A stretch of DNA of 62,919 nt, counting the filler, from Craspedostauros australis (taxonomy: Eukaryota), in assembly GCA_030167865.1 (NCBI GenBank). It is 9 parts of 9 records of this genome, joined end to end, with 100 filler letters (N's around TTAATTAATTAA, not from the genome) between each part and the next. Parts side by side here need not be neighbours in the genome. Positions count along the whole stretch, not along the records: positions 24,528 to 27,501 come from JALAGF010006428.1; positions 27,602 to 46,404 come from JALAGF010006429.1; 7 more parts are not named here. One strand, written 5' to 3'. Under the pieces are notes generated by a model. The model was not told the origin of the DNA and ran no database searches. It worked only from the letters and a program-made list of their open reading frames with translations. Of this stretch, positions 24,528 through 36,663 are shown one piece after another (positions within the stretch are counted from its first letter, which is position 1; each line of letters opens with the position of its first letter). Position numbers and translations under genes: made by a program.

Positions 24528-27501
24528 TCTGGTGAGCGCTTCGACACTGGAATCGATGCCAGCTTGTCGAAGGACGGGATCGAATCCTCATCAGGCTTCA
24601 ATCCCTTGTTGCGCATCCAGTCAAGGGCGCTCTCGATGTCGCGAGCACGCTCTTCTGGAGTCTGGCTCTTTCGCTGAGGCATCATCTGGTCGATCTTCTT
24701 GAACTCACCAGTTGGGTCGTCTTCTGCATCCTTCCCGCTGCGCATCCAGTTGAGCACGTCGTCGATGTCCTGCTCTCTGTCTTCTGGGGAGCGACGAGAC
24801 ACTGGAATGGATCCAAGCTTGTCGAATGGGGCAACAGAATCGTCGCTGTCGTCGGGCTTCAGCCCCTTGTTGCGCATCCAGTCGAGAGCNNNNNNNNNNN
24901 NNNNNNNNNNNNNNNNNNNNNNNNNNNNNNNNNNNNNNNNNNNNNNNNNNNNNNNNNNNNNNNNNNNNNNNNNNNNNNNNNNNNNNNNNNNNNNNNNNNN
25001 NNNNNNNNNNNNNNNNNNNNNNTCGATGTCCTTGCTGCGTTCTTCTGGAGAGCGGCGAGACACTGGGATGGAGTTGAGCTGATCGAAGGAAGGCACATCA
25101 TCAGTGACAGGGTTCACGTCGTGATTGCGCATCCAGTCAAGGGAGTTCTCGATGTCGCGCACACGTTCACGTGGAGTCTGACCTGGACGGGTTGGGATCA
25201 TCTGGTCGATCTTCTTGAATTCACCGGTTGGATCCAACGAGTCAGGCTTGCCATTGCGCATCCAGTTCAACACGTCATCGATGTCCTTGCTGCGCTCCTC
25301 TGGGGAGCGACGAGACACTGGAATAGATGCCAGCTTGTCGAATGGAACGTCGGCATCGCNGTCATCAGCATCGGTTGGCTTCGTGTTGCGCATCCAATCA
25401 AGGGCGCTTTCGATGTCTCGGGCACGATCCTCTGGAGTCTGGCTCTTCTTCTGTGGGAGCATCTGGTCGATCTTCTTGAACTCGCCAGTTGGGTCGTCCT
25501 CATCGTTCTTGCCATTGCGAGCCCAGTTCAGGACATCATCAATGTCCTTGCTGCGTTCTTCCGGAGAGCGGCGAGACACTGGGATGGATCCGAGCTTGTC
25601 GAATGGAACATCACTCTCGTCCACATCCTCGGGACGTCGGTTGCGAGACCAGTCAAGGGCGCTCTCGATGTCGCGAGCACGGTCCTCTGGAGTCTGACCT
25701 GGACGGGTTGGCATCAGCTGGTCGATCTTCTTGAATTCNNNNNNNNNNNNNNNNNNNNNNNNNNNNNNNNNNNNNNNNNNNNNNNNNNGCGAGACACTGG
25801 GATGGAGTTGAGCTGATCGAAGGAAGGCACATCATCAGTGACAGGGTTCACGTCGTGATTGCGCATCCAGTCGAGGGAGTTCTCGATGTCGCGCGCACGT
25901 TCACGTGGAGTCTGACCTGGACGGGTTGGGATCATCTGGTCGATCTTCTTGAATTCACCGGTTGGATCCAACGAATCAGGCTTGCCATTGCGCATCCAGT
26001 TCAACACGTCATCGATGTCCTTGCTGCGCTCCTCTGGNNNNNNNNNNNNNNNNNNNNNNNNNNNNNNNNNNNNNNNNNNNNNNNNNNNNNNNNNNNNNNN
26101 NNNNNNNNNNNNNNNNNNNNNNNNNNNNNNNNNNNNNNNNNNNNNNNNNNNNNNNGCACGATCCTCTGGAGTCTGGCTCTTCTTCTGTGGGAGCATCTGG
26201 TCGATCTTCTTGAACTCGCCAGTTGGGTCGTCCTCATCGTTCTTGCCATTGCGAGCCCAGTTCAGGACATCATCAATGTCCTTGGTGCGTTCTTCTGGTG
26301 AGCGGCGAGAAACTGGAATGGAGTTGAGCTGATCGAAGGATGGGATCGAATCCTCATCAGGCTTCAATCCCTTGTTGCGCATCCAGTCAAGGGCGCTCTC
26401 GATGTCTCGAGCACGGTCCTCTGGAGTCTGACCTGGACGGGTTGGGATCAGCTGGTCGATCTTCTTGAACTCTCCAGTTGGATCCAACGAATCAGGCTTG
26501 CCATTGCGCATCCAGTTCANCACGTNNTNNANNTCCTNNNNGCGNTCCTCNGGGGAGCGACGAGACACTGGAATGGATCCAATCTTGCTGAATGGAACGT
26601 CGGCATCGCCGTCATCGTCATCGGTCGGCTTCGTGTTGCGCATCCAATCAAGGGCGCTTTCGATGTCACGAGCACGATCCTCTGGAGTCTGGCTCTTCTT
26701 CTGTGGAAGCATCTGATCGATCTTCTTGAACTCGCCGGTTGGGNNNNNNNNNNNNNNNNNNNNNNNNNNNNNNNNNNNNNNNNNNNNNNNNNNCTTGAAT
26801 TCGCCGGTTGGATCCAACGAGTCAGGCTTGCCATTGCGCATCCAGTTCAGCACGTTGTTCACATCCTCAGAGCGTTCTTCTGGGGAGCGACGAGACACTG
26901 GAATGGATCCAATCTTGCTGAATGGAACGTCGACATCGCTGTCATCGTCATCGGTCGGCTTCGTGTTGCGCATCCAGTCAAGGGCGCTCTCGATGTCACG
27001 AGCACGATCCTCTGGAGTCTGGCTCTTCTTCTGTGGGAGCATCTGATCGATCTTCTTGAATTCGCCAGTTGGGTCCAACGAATCAGGCTTGCCATTGCGA
27101 GCCCAGTTCAGGACGTTGTCGATGTCCTTGGAGCGGCCTTCTGGTGAGCGCTTCGACACTGGAATCGATGCCAGCTTGTCGAAGGACGGGATCGAATCCT
27201 CATCAGGCTTCAATCCCTTGTTGCGCATCCAGTCAAGGGCGCTCTCGATGTCGCGAGCACGCTCTTCTGGAGTCTGGCTCTTTCGCTGAGGCATCATCTG
27301 GTCGATCTTCTTGAACTCACCAGTTGGGTCGTCTTCTGCATCCTTCCCGCTGCGCATCCAGTTGAGCACGTCGTCGATGTCCTGCTCTCTGTCTTCTGGG
27401 GAGCGACGAGACACTGGAATGGATCCAAGCTTGTCGAATGGGGCAACAGAATCGTCGCTGTCGTCGGGCTTCAGCCCCTTGTTGCGCATCCAGTCGAGAG
27501 C
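24528..27501 (-). CDS. Internal fragment of a giant tandem-repeat protein (85-88 aa units)
   Basis: Open frame across the whole scaffold. Unit ALDWMRN...PF(D/S)KL.SIPVSRRSPEERSKDIDDVLNWMRNGK....DPTGEFKKIDQM.P....QTPEDRARDIE recurs every ~255-264 nt, with mostly synonymous variation between copies. Confidence 0.85.
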
Positions 27502-27601
27502 NNNNNNNNNNNNNNNNNNNNNNNNNNNNNNNNNNNNNNNNNNNNTTAATTAATTAANNNNNNNNNNNNNNNNNNNNNNNNNNNNNNNNNNNNNNNNNNN
27601 N

Positions 27602-28446
27602 AGCGTCTGGACAACAGGTACGTCAAACTCACGAGGTGAAGTATGATGATGACCAGGCACGGTTGGTGGCTGCATCTGGTATCACAGAAGACGTTGTGGT
27701 CAAGAGCGCTGAATGGGAAGGGTGGATCATCAACGAGTTGGGCGTCATCGAGGACAGAACAATCACGTCCGACAAGCTGCCGATAACGTCCGAATCGTTC
27801 AGGAAGACGGACAAGACGCGAAAACTCGGGCGCACNNNNGCAGAGAGCAAGGCGCTGGCGTTCGGCAAAGCCATCGCAGACGGACAACAACATCTACCAT
27901 CCGATCACACCACAGCGCTACAAGACCAGACCGCAGAAACAGAACATCCACCACTTGCAGTGCCAGGCTGGGCGAGCAAAACAACGCGCAAACCGGCAGA
28001 ACTACCAGACTACATCGCGGACAAGTTGAAGGGCATCAGTGAAGCGTCCGCGAAGGACCCAAAAAACAGACCGTCCGAACACGAAGCACATGAGCAGTTG
28101 ATGGACGACAACAGGACCAAAACCGACTGGTACGTACAACTGCACGCAAACCCCATGCGCGTGAAAGCTTCGCTGTCGGCGGCGTACAACGCCAAACAAC
28201 GCAAGGACAAGAAGGAGGCCTCTCTCATCAAGGCAGAAACCAACACCAACACCAACACCAACCCAACAGCATCTGCAATCGTGGCGACCCACGATGCGCC
28301 AGCTGAAACACAGGAGGAACGAAGAGAGGAGGAGTTGCAGAGAGCAGAAGAGGAACTTGAGAATCAGATGTGGTGTGATGCTGACACACTGAAGGCCAAC
28401 ACAGAAAGTGAGGCTGTGTTGGATGATGAGACGGAAAATTGTGATG
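27602..28446 (+). CDS. Partial ORF, possibly the C-terminal part of a DNA-transposon protein
   Basis: ~280 open codons from the scaffold start. PGWASKTTRK...K..RPS...AHEQL resembles C-terminal segments of some eukaryotic transposases. It lies immediately upstream of the dispersed repeat. No catalytic core is visible. Confidence 0.35.
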
Positions 28447-28689
28447 NNNNNNNNNNNNNNNNNNNNNNNNNNNNNNNNNNNNNNNNNNNNNNNNNNTGGA
28501 GTTTTGTGGGTGGCAGACCATGCTACTACAACGAGTCTAGAGGCCATCCAAAAAGCACATCCAATATCTGCTTGTCATGCCATATCTCAACAACACATCG
28601 CTTAAAATTAAATCTAAACATTGCGCTCAGACGCCTGGCTATAGGTTAATCAGAATATCGAAGTTAAATGAGTATTGAAAATATTTTGG

Positions 28690-30318
28690 AAGTCATGTTG
28701 GTTTGCTGTGTTTTGTGTGGTCGATTCGAAAAAATTGTTGATGCCACAATGTTGCCCTCCAATGAGCACACATGATCATCATCATCATCCTTGTATTTCG
28801 GCAAACTGAGCATATCATTAGCTCTGCATACCCCCCAGCTATCCGATCCATGAAGCATTGCCCCAGATACCTGCATTGCACACCCCAAAGTTTCTCTGCA
28901 CTGAAAACGAGCAATTTCGAAAACCCATTCGCAATCCGGATGTGGTGCGGATGAGGGTCCATATCTCATCCATACGACCCTTTCATCCCCTCCACATGCC
29001 CCTCGTGCATTCCCACACTCCATGGCGACACGCGGATGCATCCATAATGGGCTGGGCATGCATGCCACTGATGGCACACCTCTGTATGGTGATGTCATGG
29101 CGCATTTTCATGCGCCTGCCAACAACGACCATTCGCCACATATGCTTGGCCGTGGCCTCTTCCAGACAACTTCAGCAGGTCGTACTTCGCCACGCCCACA
29201 TTCGGCCAATTTCTGACACATCTTGTATGGGCGGCTTGGTGATTGGGTGGCTTGATGATGGTGCCCCTCACAGCCAAAGCCACATGATGNNNNNNNNNNN
29301 NNNNNNNNNNNNNNNNNNNNNNNNNNNNNNNNNNNNNNNNNNNNNNNNNNNNNNNNNNNNNNNNNNNNNNNNNNNNNNNNNNNNNNNNNNNNNNNNNNNN
29401 NNNNNNNNNNGCCTTGCCCCTCCATGGGCGCTGGTATGGGCTGTGTATGGAATACACATGCCACATCCAACGAGCCCATTTGGCGTCAAAACATGACGTT
29501 TGCGCGGGGGCCTGCCGCGGCCCCAAATCAACCGCTATCGCAACCCCCTCTCGCCCACACACCAAGGGTTGCATGGCGGAGATAGTGGTGCGCTTGGATT
29601 TTGGAATGGCCCGCTGCTCGGTGCGGCGCGGTGGATGCCGTTGGATGGCCATTGTGGAGGTTTTTTGTTTCGCAACACCATTGTCATGCCGTTGTGTCGT
29701 GTTTGGCACTCTCAACCAGTTGCACATACTGGGGGTTGCGGCGGTTACCAATAATTGTACCAAATGCACGAGGAAAGCACGACACAAAACACTTCGAGAG
29801 TACCAACCCCACTCAACCATCCCGTAACGACGAAACACAGAGGACGATGTTTCACATCGTGCTGTGATTGGTGGTTCATGACGCAACCGCTAGTTTGGTG
29901 ACGTCGATGACGGATTGGGCAAGCCCATGATGGAATGAATTAAAACGCGCACCCACCGCTTCTCCCAAAACTCTACAACTAGTGTTATCGTGGACGGACT
30001 GTTGGATCGTCTCATCAACACACCTCAAAAAGAGACTAAACAATTCAAAATGGGAACAGCCTTGCTGAAACAAAGAACAGCAAAGGGTTAAATTGGATCG
30101 ATGTAGTCGTAGCCAACAGGCCGAAACCCGAAAGAGATCGAATAATGCACACATCCATCGGTCCATAAAACTTAAAATACGACCATCCTCAGAACTNAAA
30201 TGGATCAGTATATGTTTTAGATCTACGAGGATTATGAATATGGGCTTAGTTTGGAAATCCGAGGAAAAAAGGTTGTACTGATGATTGCAAAGTGCAGGTC
30301 GACTCACTGATCGGGCTC
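28690..30318. mobile_element. Dispersed ~1.7-kb repeat, copy 1 (probable DNA-transposon end)
   Basis: Colinear, diverged homology with 46505-48256. Both copies end at GTC.GACTCACTGATCGGGCTC and then flanks differ. Confidence 0.7.
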
Positions 30319-31118
30319 ATAGTGTTCAAAGAGGATGGAAGAGAGCACCACCCTCACTATCACGCTGTGCATAATGGGAAGGTTGCAAGGTACTCTCCTC
30401 TCTGGAGAGTAGTATTATATGAAGGTCCATCAGGATTAGAATAGCAGAAGCCGCTCTGAACAAACCGCAGAGCGCACGGACTCATTGTCAACCTCATGGC
30501 TGTTGTTTCAGCGGTTCACCGGCATGGGGACTCCGATGCAGCTGAGGCCGGGTTGTTGGTGGAAGAGCACGCGGCAGTTCCATGCATGCTTGTGCTCCAT
30601 TGGGCTGATCTCATCATGCGGCACGTCCTGAATGGGATGTCTCGTCGACAAGAGTGGGCAGACCAAGGAAGATTACAAGCAAATGACAAAGATGAAACGC
30701 CCTCCTCTACTCTGCTCCACTCCAGACATCGACTCAGCAATGACCTGACGGAGCACCAGACCATAGGAAACAATCATTTCACAATAAACTATATTAGTGA
30801 CGTTAATGGATGGCAAGCAACGTCGATACATCTCCGCCTTCACTGTCGTTCCGATGTTTCAGCGCAAGACTTCCCTTTTGGTCCGCACCATCCGAACCCC
30901 ACCGCTTGACCACCTCCCTGACTTCCGTGTGATGAATGGATGCATGGTTGGATGGAGCCATGGATGAATCCACCGATCGTTGTCATCATTGTGGTTACTA
31001 CATCGTTACCCTGCCCACAAGCGGTCATAGATGACCAAGAATGAGGCCGGACTTGAAACCTGCGCAAGCAGAGCGGAGTACTCATTGTCTACTAGTCGAG
31101 CACTTGTACTGTACTTGA

Positions 31119-31712
31119 TCAAAATGGTTCGGGCACTTCCGTGACCTGCCCCTTTCGGAGACCGCCCGGCGGTGCCGCAACCTGGAATCGGCGGCCCTTG
31201 TACTCCGCGGTGAAGGTCTGCCCTTCGGCAACGTCCACGGGCGCGGCGATTCGCAGTATGGTGGCTCCCGGTGCCGGAGCCGGCGCACCGCCGCCCATCG
31301 CGCCGCCACCTGCCGGTGCACCCGCGTCGCCGCCGGCCTTCTGGAAGATGAAGAGCTCGCGGAAGGTCATGGAGCTCCCGTTGAGCTTGACGGACTGCGA
31401 CTCGGAGTCGTACTGGAAGCGGAAGTTCCATCCGAGGTCCTCCATGGCGTCGAGGATGGCGCAGATGACGTCCTCCTCGTTGAACTTCTGGCAGTCATGG
31501 TTCATGGGGGCCTGGAAGTGTCCCGAGGGGCCGCCTCCGAACTGCACGCGCGAGGCGCCCGGGTTGTACCGCACGGTAGCGAGGCGCTGGTTGACGGTGT
31601 TCACGATGTGATTCGTCACGGCGCCGCCATGGAAGGAGAACGACTTTTCGTTCGCCACCTTGAATCCGGCTGGCTTGATTTTGAACGTCTTCTTCAGGAT
31701 GATGGTCGGCAT
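31119..31712 (-). CDS. 197-aa two-domain protein of unknown function
   Basis: Intronless GC3-rich ORF with a CAAG-ATG context. N-domain ...EEDVICAILDAMEDLGWNFRFQYD...RELFIFQK, a Gly/Ala/Pro linker, and C-domain IAAPVDVAEGQTFTAEYKGRRFQVAAPPGGLRKGQ. Confidence 0.75.
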   Translation of the reverse strand: MPTIILKKTFKIKPAGFKVANEKSFSFHGGAVTNHIVNTVNQRLATVRYNPGASRVQFGGGPSGHFQAPMNHDCQKFNEEDVICAILDAMEDLGWNFRFQYDSESQSVKLNGSSMTFRELFIFQKAGGDAGAPAGGGAMGGGAPAPAPGATILRIAAPVDVAEGQTFTAEYKGRRFQVAAPPGGLRKGQVTEVPEPF

Positions 31713-31723
31713 CTTGTCTTGAG

Positions 31724-31800
31724 TGTGTTGATTGTGTTGATTGTGTTGGGTGTGTTGATTGTGTTGAGTGAGTGAGTGATCGAGTGAGTGATCGAGTGAG
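31724..31800. repeat. 9-bp (GTGTTGATT) and GAGT-type short tandem repeats upstream of the 197-aa gene
   Basis: Directly visible tandem units. Confidence 0.7.
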
Positions 31801-33003
31801 GCGTGGATCCTGTTCTTGCCTTGATTGTCTTGGTTGCGTTGACTGCTTTGGTGACTGAGTTGGTGGTTGTGGTTGTTGTGAGGCTGCGATTGGCAGCGCT
31901 GATCTTTTCACTTTTGCCTGCCACGTCCGCCTGCTGCGTGCTCTGTTCGCTGCGTGCTGTTTGCGTGATCTTCTTGCCCTCTCCATCTGCCACCTCTTGT
32001 CTTGTTGGTTGGCCACAGCAAAATTTTGCGTGATCCTTCGCTCATGTCGCCTTTCATTTCCGTTGGGCAAAAGGAGACTTTGAGTCCCTCTTTCAGTGAC
32101 CCAAGCGGGACTTCCCAATGACGAACTGGGTCGTGTTACGGGACTGGATAAATGACTTGCCACAATATAGTACCTTCGTTTCAGGACCACTATGGCGACG
32201 AATTTAGATAGTGGAAACGAATCAAGAAGGCTATGGTCGTGAACGTCATCACCGTCATGTTTGCAGCGTTCGTAGAGCAGGTACATTTTGATTTGCGCGG
32301 ACGATGGTATTATCATGCTCTAAGTCGCTGTATCTGAGCGATGCTACTGTATTGTCGTGGAGAACAGGGACGATGGGACCTACATGTGTCGTGTGCAAAC
32401 AGAAGCAACATGCATCTCTGTGCTCTCTTCGAAATTGCGATCTATTCTACCATACCAATCAATCTTGTGTGTTGCATTGTGATGCTATCCTACCATGCTA
32501 CCAATAGAGAGAAATTATTCTTTGCAATTGCATGCAGTGCCTCCGCATGTCGTTTGTGATTTAGTTTCGATGCGCCAGCTGCAAAGTGTCGCCATGTTGC
32601 GATGCCGGTGTAGAATGGAGTCCTCGACGCAATGCATCGGTGCGACCTTGAACTGATTTGTTTGGTCGTTGCGAAGGCTTGATTTCCTCTGATCTTGCAG
32701 GCGATCGGTCAACAACATGCATGACAGAGAGATGCAAGCCTGCGACACCCTCTCACAAGAATCCAATCGTATTCGTATAGCGTCCTGATTTGTACTGTTC
32801 GCTTTGTTCCTTTACCACATGTGTAGCTGCCGTCTGTGCAACTGCCATGCGTGTGATCTGTGACGCTCGTAAGTATTGGCAAGCTCCGTCACCAACCATT
32901 CCGTTTGCACTCTGCACTTCATGACCACTCACGCTCGCATGCAAATCGAAGGAGAATGCAAGGCACCCATAGGAACGAAGGAAGCGCATGGCAGAAGAGT
33001 GGC

Positions 33004-33575
33004 TTAACCGAACCAGCTCTTCTTGACCTCGACCTTTCCAGACGCAGAACCCTTTGGCACCTTCTTGAAACGGAACTTGGGCGCGCCGCATGGTGGGCAT
33101 TTGTAGCTGTCATCATCGAGCTTGGCCCATGCCGCTGGTCCCTTGGTGAAGACATATCCGCAGTCCTGTGGAATCACGTGACGAGGCAGTATTGGTGTAC
33201 ATGTGCAAGCATGTGCCCGCATCGAGAGTGTGCGCGATTTCGTACGTACGATTGCGAATGGATGCCCATGAAAAATGGAATTGTGGAGAGACAGCGGTGA
33301 GTATCATGCTGTTGCGAAAACGCAAAGCAATGAATGCCGACTGATAGATCGCAACAGAGACAGCGCATAATGCGTCAATCCCAAACCACCCGTACCTTGC
33401 AGACGTAATCGCCCGGGCTGCCATCGTCCTTCGGCTGTCCCCAGAAGTTCAATGCCGTGGTTGCTCGTGTCGATGATGTCGCGATCGATGTTGTCGGGAC
33501 GGTGAATCCCATGACAACATTGCTGATGCAGGCAGCCATCAGGGCAAGCAGGAGAAACGCTGTGGTCGTCTTCAT
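33004..33575 (-). CDS. Plastid-targeted rubredoxin-like protein. Exons 33575-33396 and 33165-33004
   Basis: Signal peptide + VMG-FTVP presequence. Spliced YVCK|DCGY...YKCPPCGAPKFRF gives two CxxC iron ligands. GT-AG intron, phase 0. Confidence 0.9.
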
Positions 33576-34263
33576 TTTTGCTGTTTGGTTTGGTTGCGTT
33601 GTGATGTGATTTGCCGTGTTTGGAAGTGCTATGACTGAGAAACGAAGCGGTCCGTCACAAATGAGAGCGATGGAGGTGCAGATGGGATTGTTGGTGTTAT
33701 CGAAGCGACTGTCGATGTTGCTGTTGGTGCATTGTCGCAGTGTTGTGGTGATCGTGGAGAATGAATGTTGTTGTGATGGTCGTACTTGGTGCGTTGGTTG
33801 ACGTTCGATCAACGATGACACCGTTTCTGATGTCAGAGATGATTCATCTCGGACTCATGCGACTGCTGCCAAGGAAGAAGAAGGAAAACCGAACCAACGA
33901 GTCCCGAACATGGCCAACTCAGCGATGTGATCGTGGATCGTCATGTCGCGACGAATCGTTTCGTGTTTGTGAAGTGACGAAGACTGAGTTGGCGGTTGCG
34001 ACAATGATGGAAACGAAATGGTGGAACATGATGGGGAGAGGCGAGAGAAGAGAAGCGACCATGGTGAGCGCATCGCATCGCATCGCATTGCACCATGTTC
34101 AGACACAACAAGGTGGCAGTTGAATCAATGCAGTACAGTGCATCGAGACAAACATACCAATCCTCGCGCTTGAGTTAAATGGAAGTGAGGGTCAGGGAGA
34201 AGAGATATCTGAAGTCAAGGTTCAGCAACAAACGATCGCAAAGTTCAAACGCTCAGCCACACG

Positions 34264-35727
34264 ATGTTCGCCAAAGCAGCAGCCCGATCTTTCCGAAGGG
34301 GAGCCTCGTCTCTCCTGATCAGCGGTCAGCGCAAGCAGCGGATGCCCACGCTGCAGCAGCTGCAGAGCTTCTCGTCGTCGCCAAAACAACAGCAGCAGAA
34401 GCAGGAAGGCGGCCCCGATGGCGTGGAGGACAGCAACAAGCCATTGGCAGAGAAGGGCGACAAATCATGGATGGCAAGGCTCTGGGACACGTACTCAGTC
34501 AGGCACCAGACGAACCGTATCATCGTCGCGGAGGCCTTCCTGCAGGCAGCCAACAAGCAGGCGTCAGACCCGTGAGTTTCATTTGATTTTTGCGAGGCAG
34601 AGCACTGCGCAAAGCAACACTCTGCATTGCCGTCAAGAATGGTGCCAATGGCAGCCGTGTCACATCGCGTCACGCTGCGCAAGCAATTGGGTTGGCACAC
34701 GATTACTGCGTCGTGGTTTTGCGTGTGCCACCGATACAGTGCAATGCAATGTATGTTCGCACGGCAGTGTGCACATTCCGTACCGTTACACAATCTTGAT
34801 TGCGTTGATTGATGATCCGGCCAAGTTTCGTCTGGCGGCGAATCTAACACCGACGACTCCGACCCCTTTCTCTTCGCCAATTGACTGATGGGCACGCCAA
34901 TACCGCCAATGTCGCCAATACCATCACAATCATGACCGCCTGCAACTATTCATGATTTCGATCGATCAAATGAATGAATGCACGGACGAACAAACAAACA
35001 ACTTCCACCACCAATATGCCTGCACAGACGATGGTTCGGACCAGGACGTATCACCCGCGACTTCCGATCTCACCAGGCCCTCGTCACCATGCACGTTTGG
35101 TTCTTGCACAAGCGTCTGATTTCGAACACCTCAGACCCTCACACCGCGGCGCTCATCCAGGAGGAGCTCTTTGATATCTTCTGGACCGACACCACCTGCC
35201 GCATGCGCAATTACGGCGTCAACGAATGGCTCATCCAAAAGAATCTCAAGACGGTCCAGCAGTACACCTTCATGCATTGCTTTCACTATGATCATTGCTA
35301 CACGGACCTGCTAGACAAGCCGGAGGAACGGCACGAGGAGCTCCGGAACCTCATCGCCAGGCACGTCCTCCTCCTCAACCCCGACGGTGAACCAGCCAAC
35401 GCCCCGTCCGCCCAGGCTCAGCTCGATGCCGAGAACAAGATCAACTTCGACCAGCTCGAGCGCCTCGTGTGGTACGTCGAAGCGCAGTACCAGAACATCG
35501 TTCACGACATACCAGAGCAGCTGTACCGTGACGGCCGCGTGGCGTGGGTGAATCTGCCGGACTTTTCCAAGTTGCTCGACAATGACGGCAAGCAGCTCGA
35601 CGAGGTTCCCATCGACACCGACGACGTTCTGCCGCATCCGTGGGCACGCAACATCGCCAACGACGGCCAGTACTACTACTGGAACATGGAGACAAGGAAG
35701 TCCACCTGGGAGCGCCCCGTCGCTTGA
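34264..35727 (+). CDS. CBP3: Mitochondrial ubiquinol-cytochrome c chaperone Cbp3/UQCC1-like protein with a C-terminal WW domain. Exons 34264-34571 and 35028-35727
   Basis: Arg/Ser-rich mitochondrial presequence MFAKAAARSFRRG. DFRSHQALVTMHVWFLHKRL...IQEELFDIFW.D...R...GV...YD matches Cbp3. WW motif LPHPW.......GQYYYWNMETRKSTWERP. Confidence 0.8.
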
Positions 35728-36663
35728 ACTTGAGTACGTACTCGTAGCTATGGAAGAGCACACACTAGTGGCGGAGAAGGAACACTTTTCATGCCGCATT
35801 TGTTTTCTATTGTTGGTGGAAGGTGTGGCGCGACTTCATTTGGCTGCGGCATCCAATGGACAACAACGGCAGACCAACAATTGCGAATACAAATGAACCA
35901 CGTAGAGTGCATAGCACTCCATCAATGCATTGTACCATACCCGCTCCGAGCCGTGCCCATCGCTTCTGCATCGCATTAAGGAACCTCTCGCATGTGATAG
36001 ACGAAGCTGCCGCTTTCGGTTCCGAAGCGACTTTGCTTCGCACAATAGAACAGGTCGTTCCGGTCTTTGCTTTGGTCAGCCCCGCCTGCTTCCTTTGCAT
36101 CTCAGAAGGTGCCATAGCCACCATTGCTGGACACAAGCTGTGATTCTTATCCAGTATCACGCCTTCAACGAGTATTTAGAGACGTGCTCATCATGGTAGA
36201 CCATCAAATCTGTCTTTGACGAATGGCTGAAGTGCTGGCATCATATGCGCGAACATGGGTTTGGGGGAATTGATGAGGCTGGTCGGGTATTTTTAGTCAT
36301 GCATGCGATGTTGTTTCTCAAATGACACGGAGTCATTTCGACATGTTGTTCTCTCTCTCTGTTTTGGTGACTTTCGGATTGCCACAAACAAGGAGGGAGG
36401 ATGACATCAACAGCGATCTTCAATGGCGACCATTCACAGAGGAAGCAATCAGAATAGCCCGTAGCCATCATGGACAAGGGCCTCGGCAGCATCCATGGGC
36501 GGAAGTAGGAGTGACAGTGCGAAACACAGCGAGACCTCCAAAGGCGCACAACCAACCAACTCTCTGGAGTGGCACACATCAACACGCCAACATCAATTCT
36601 CTCCCCAACACTCGTGCCATACACAAACATCGCAGTATAGTACCAGTACTCCACTTTGACGCG

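Noticed and set aside
24528..27501. Regularly spaced repeats as a CRISPR-like array
   Set aside because: The whole unit repeats with no unique spacers, variation is codon-structured, the context is eukaryotic, and there are no cas genes.
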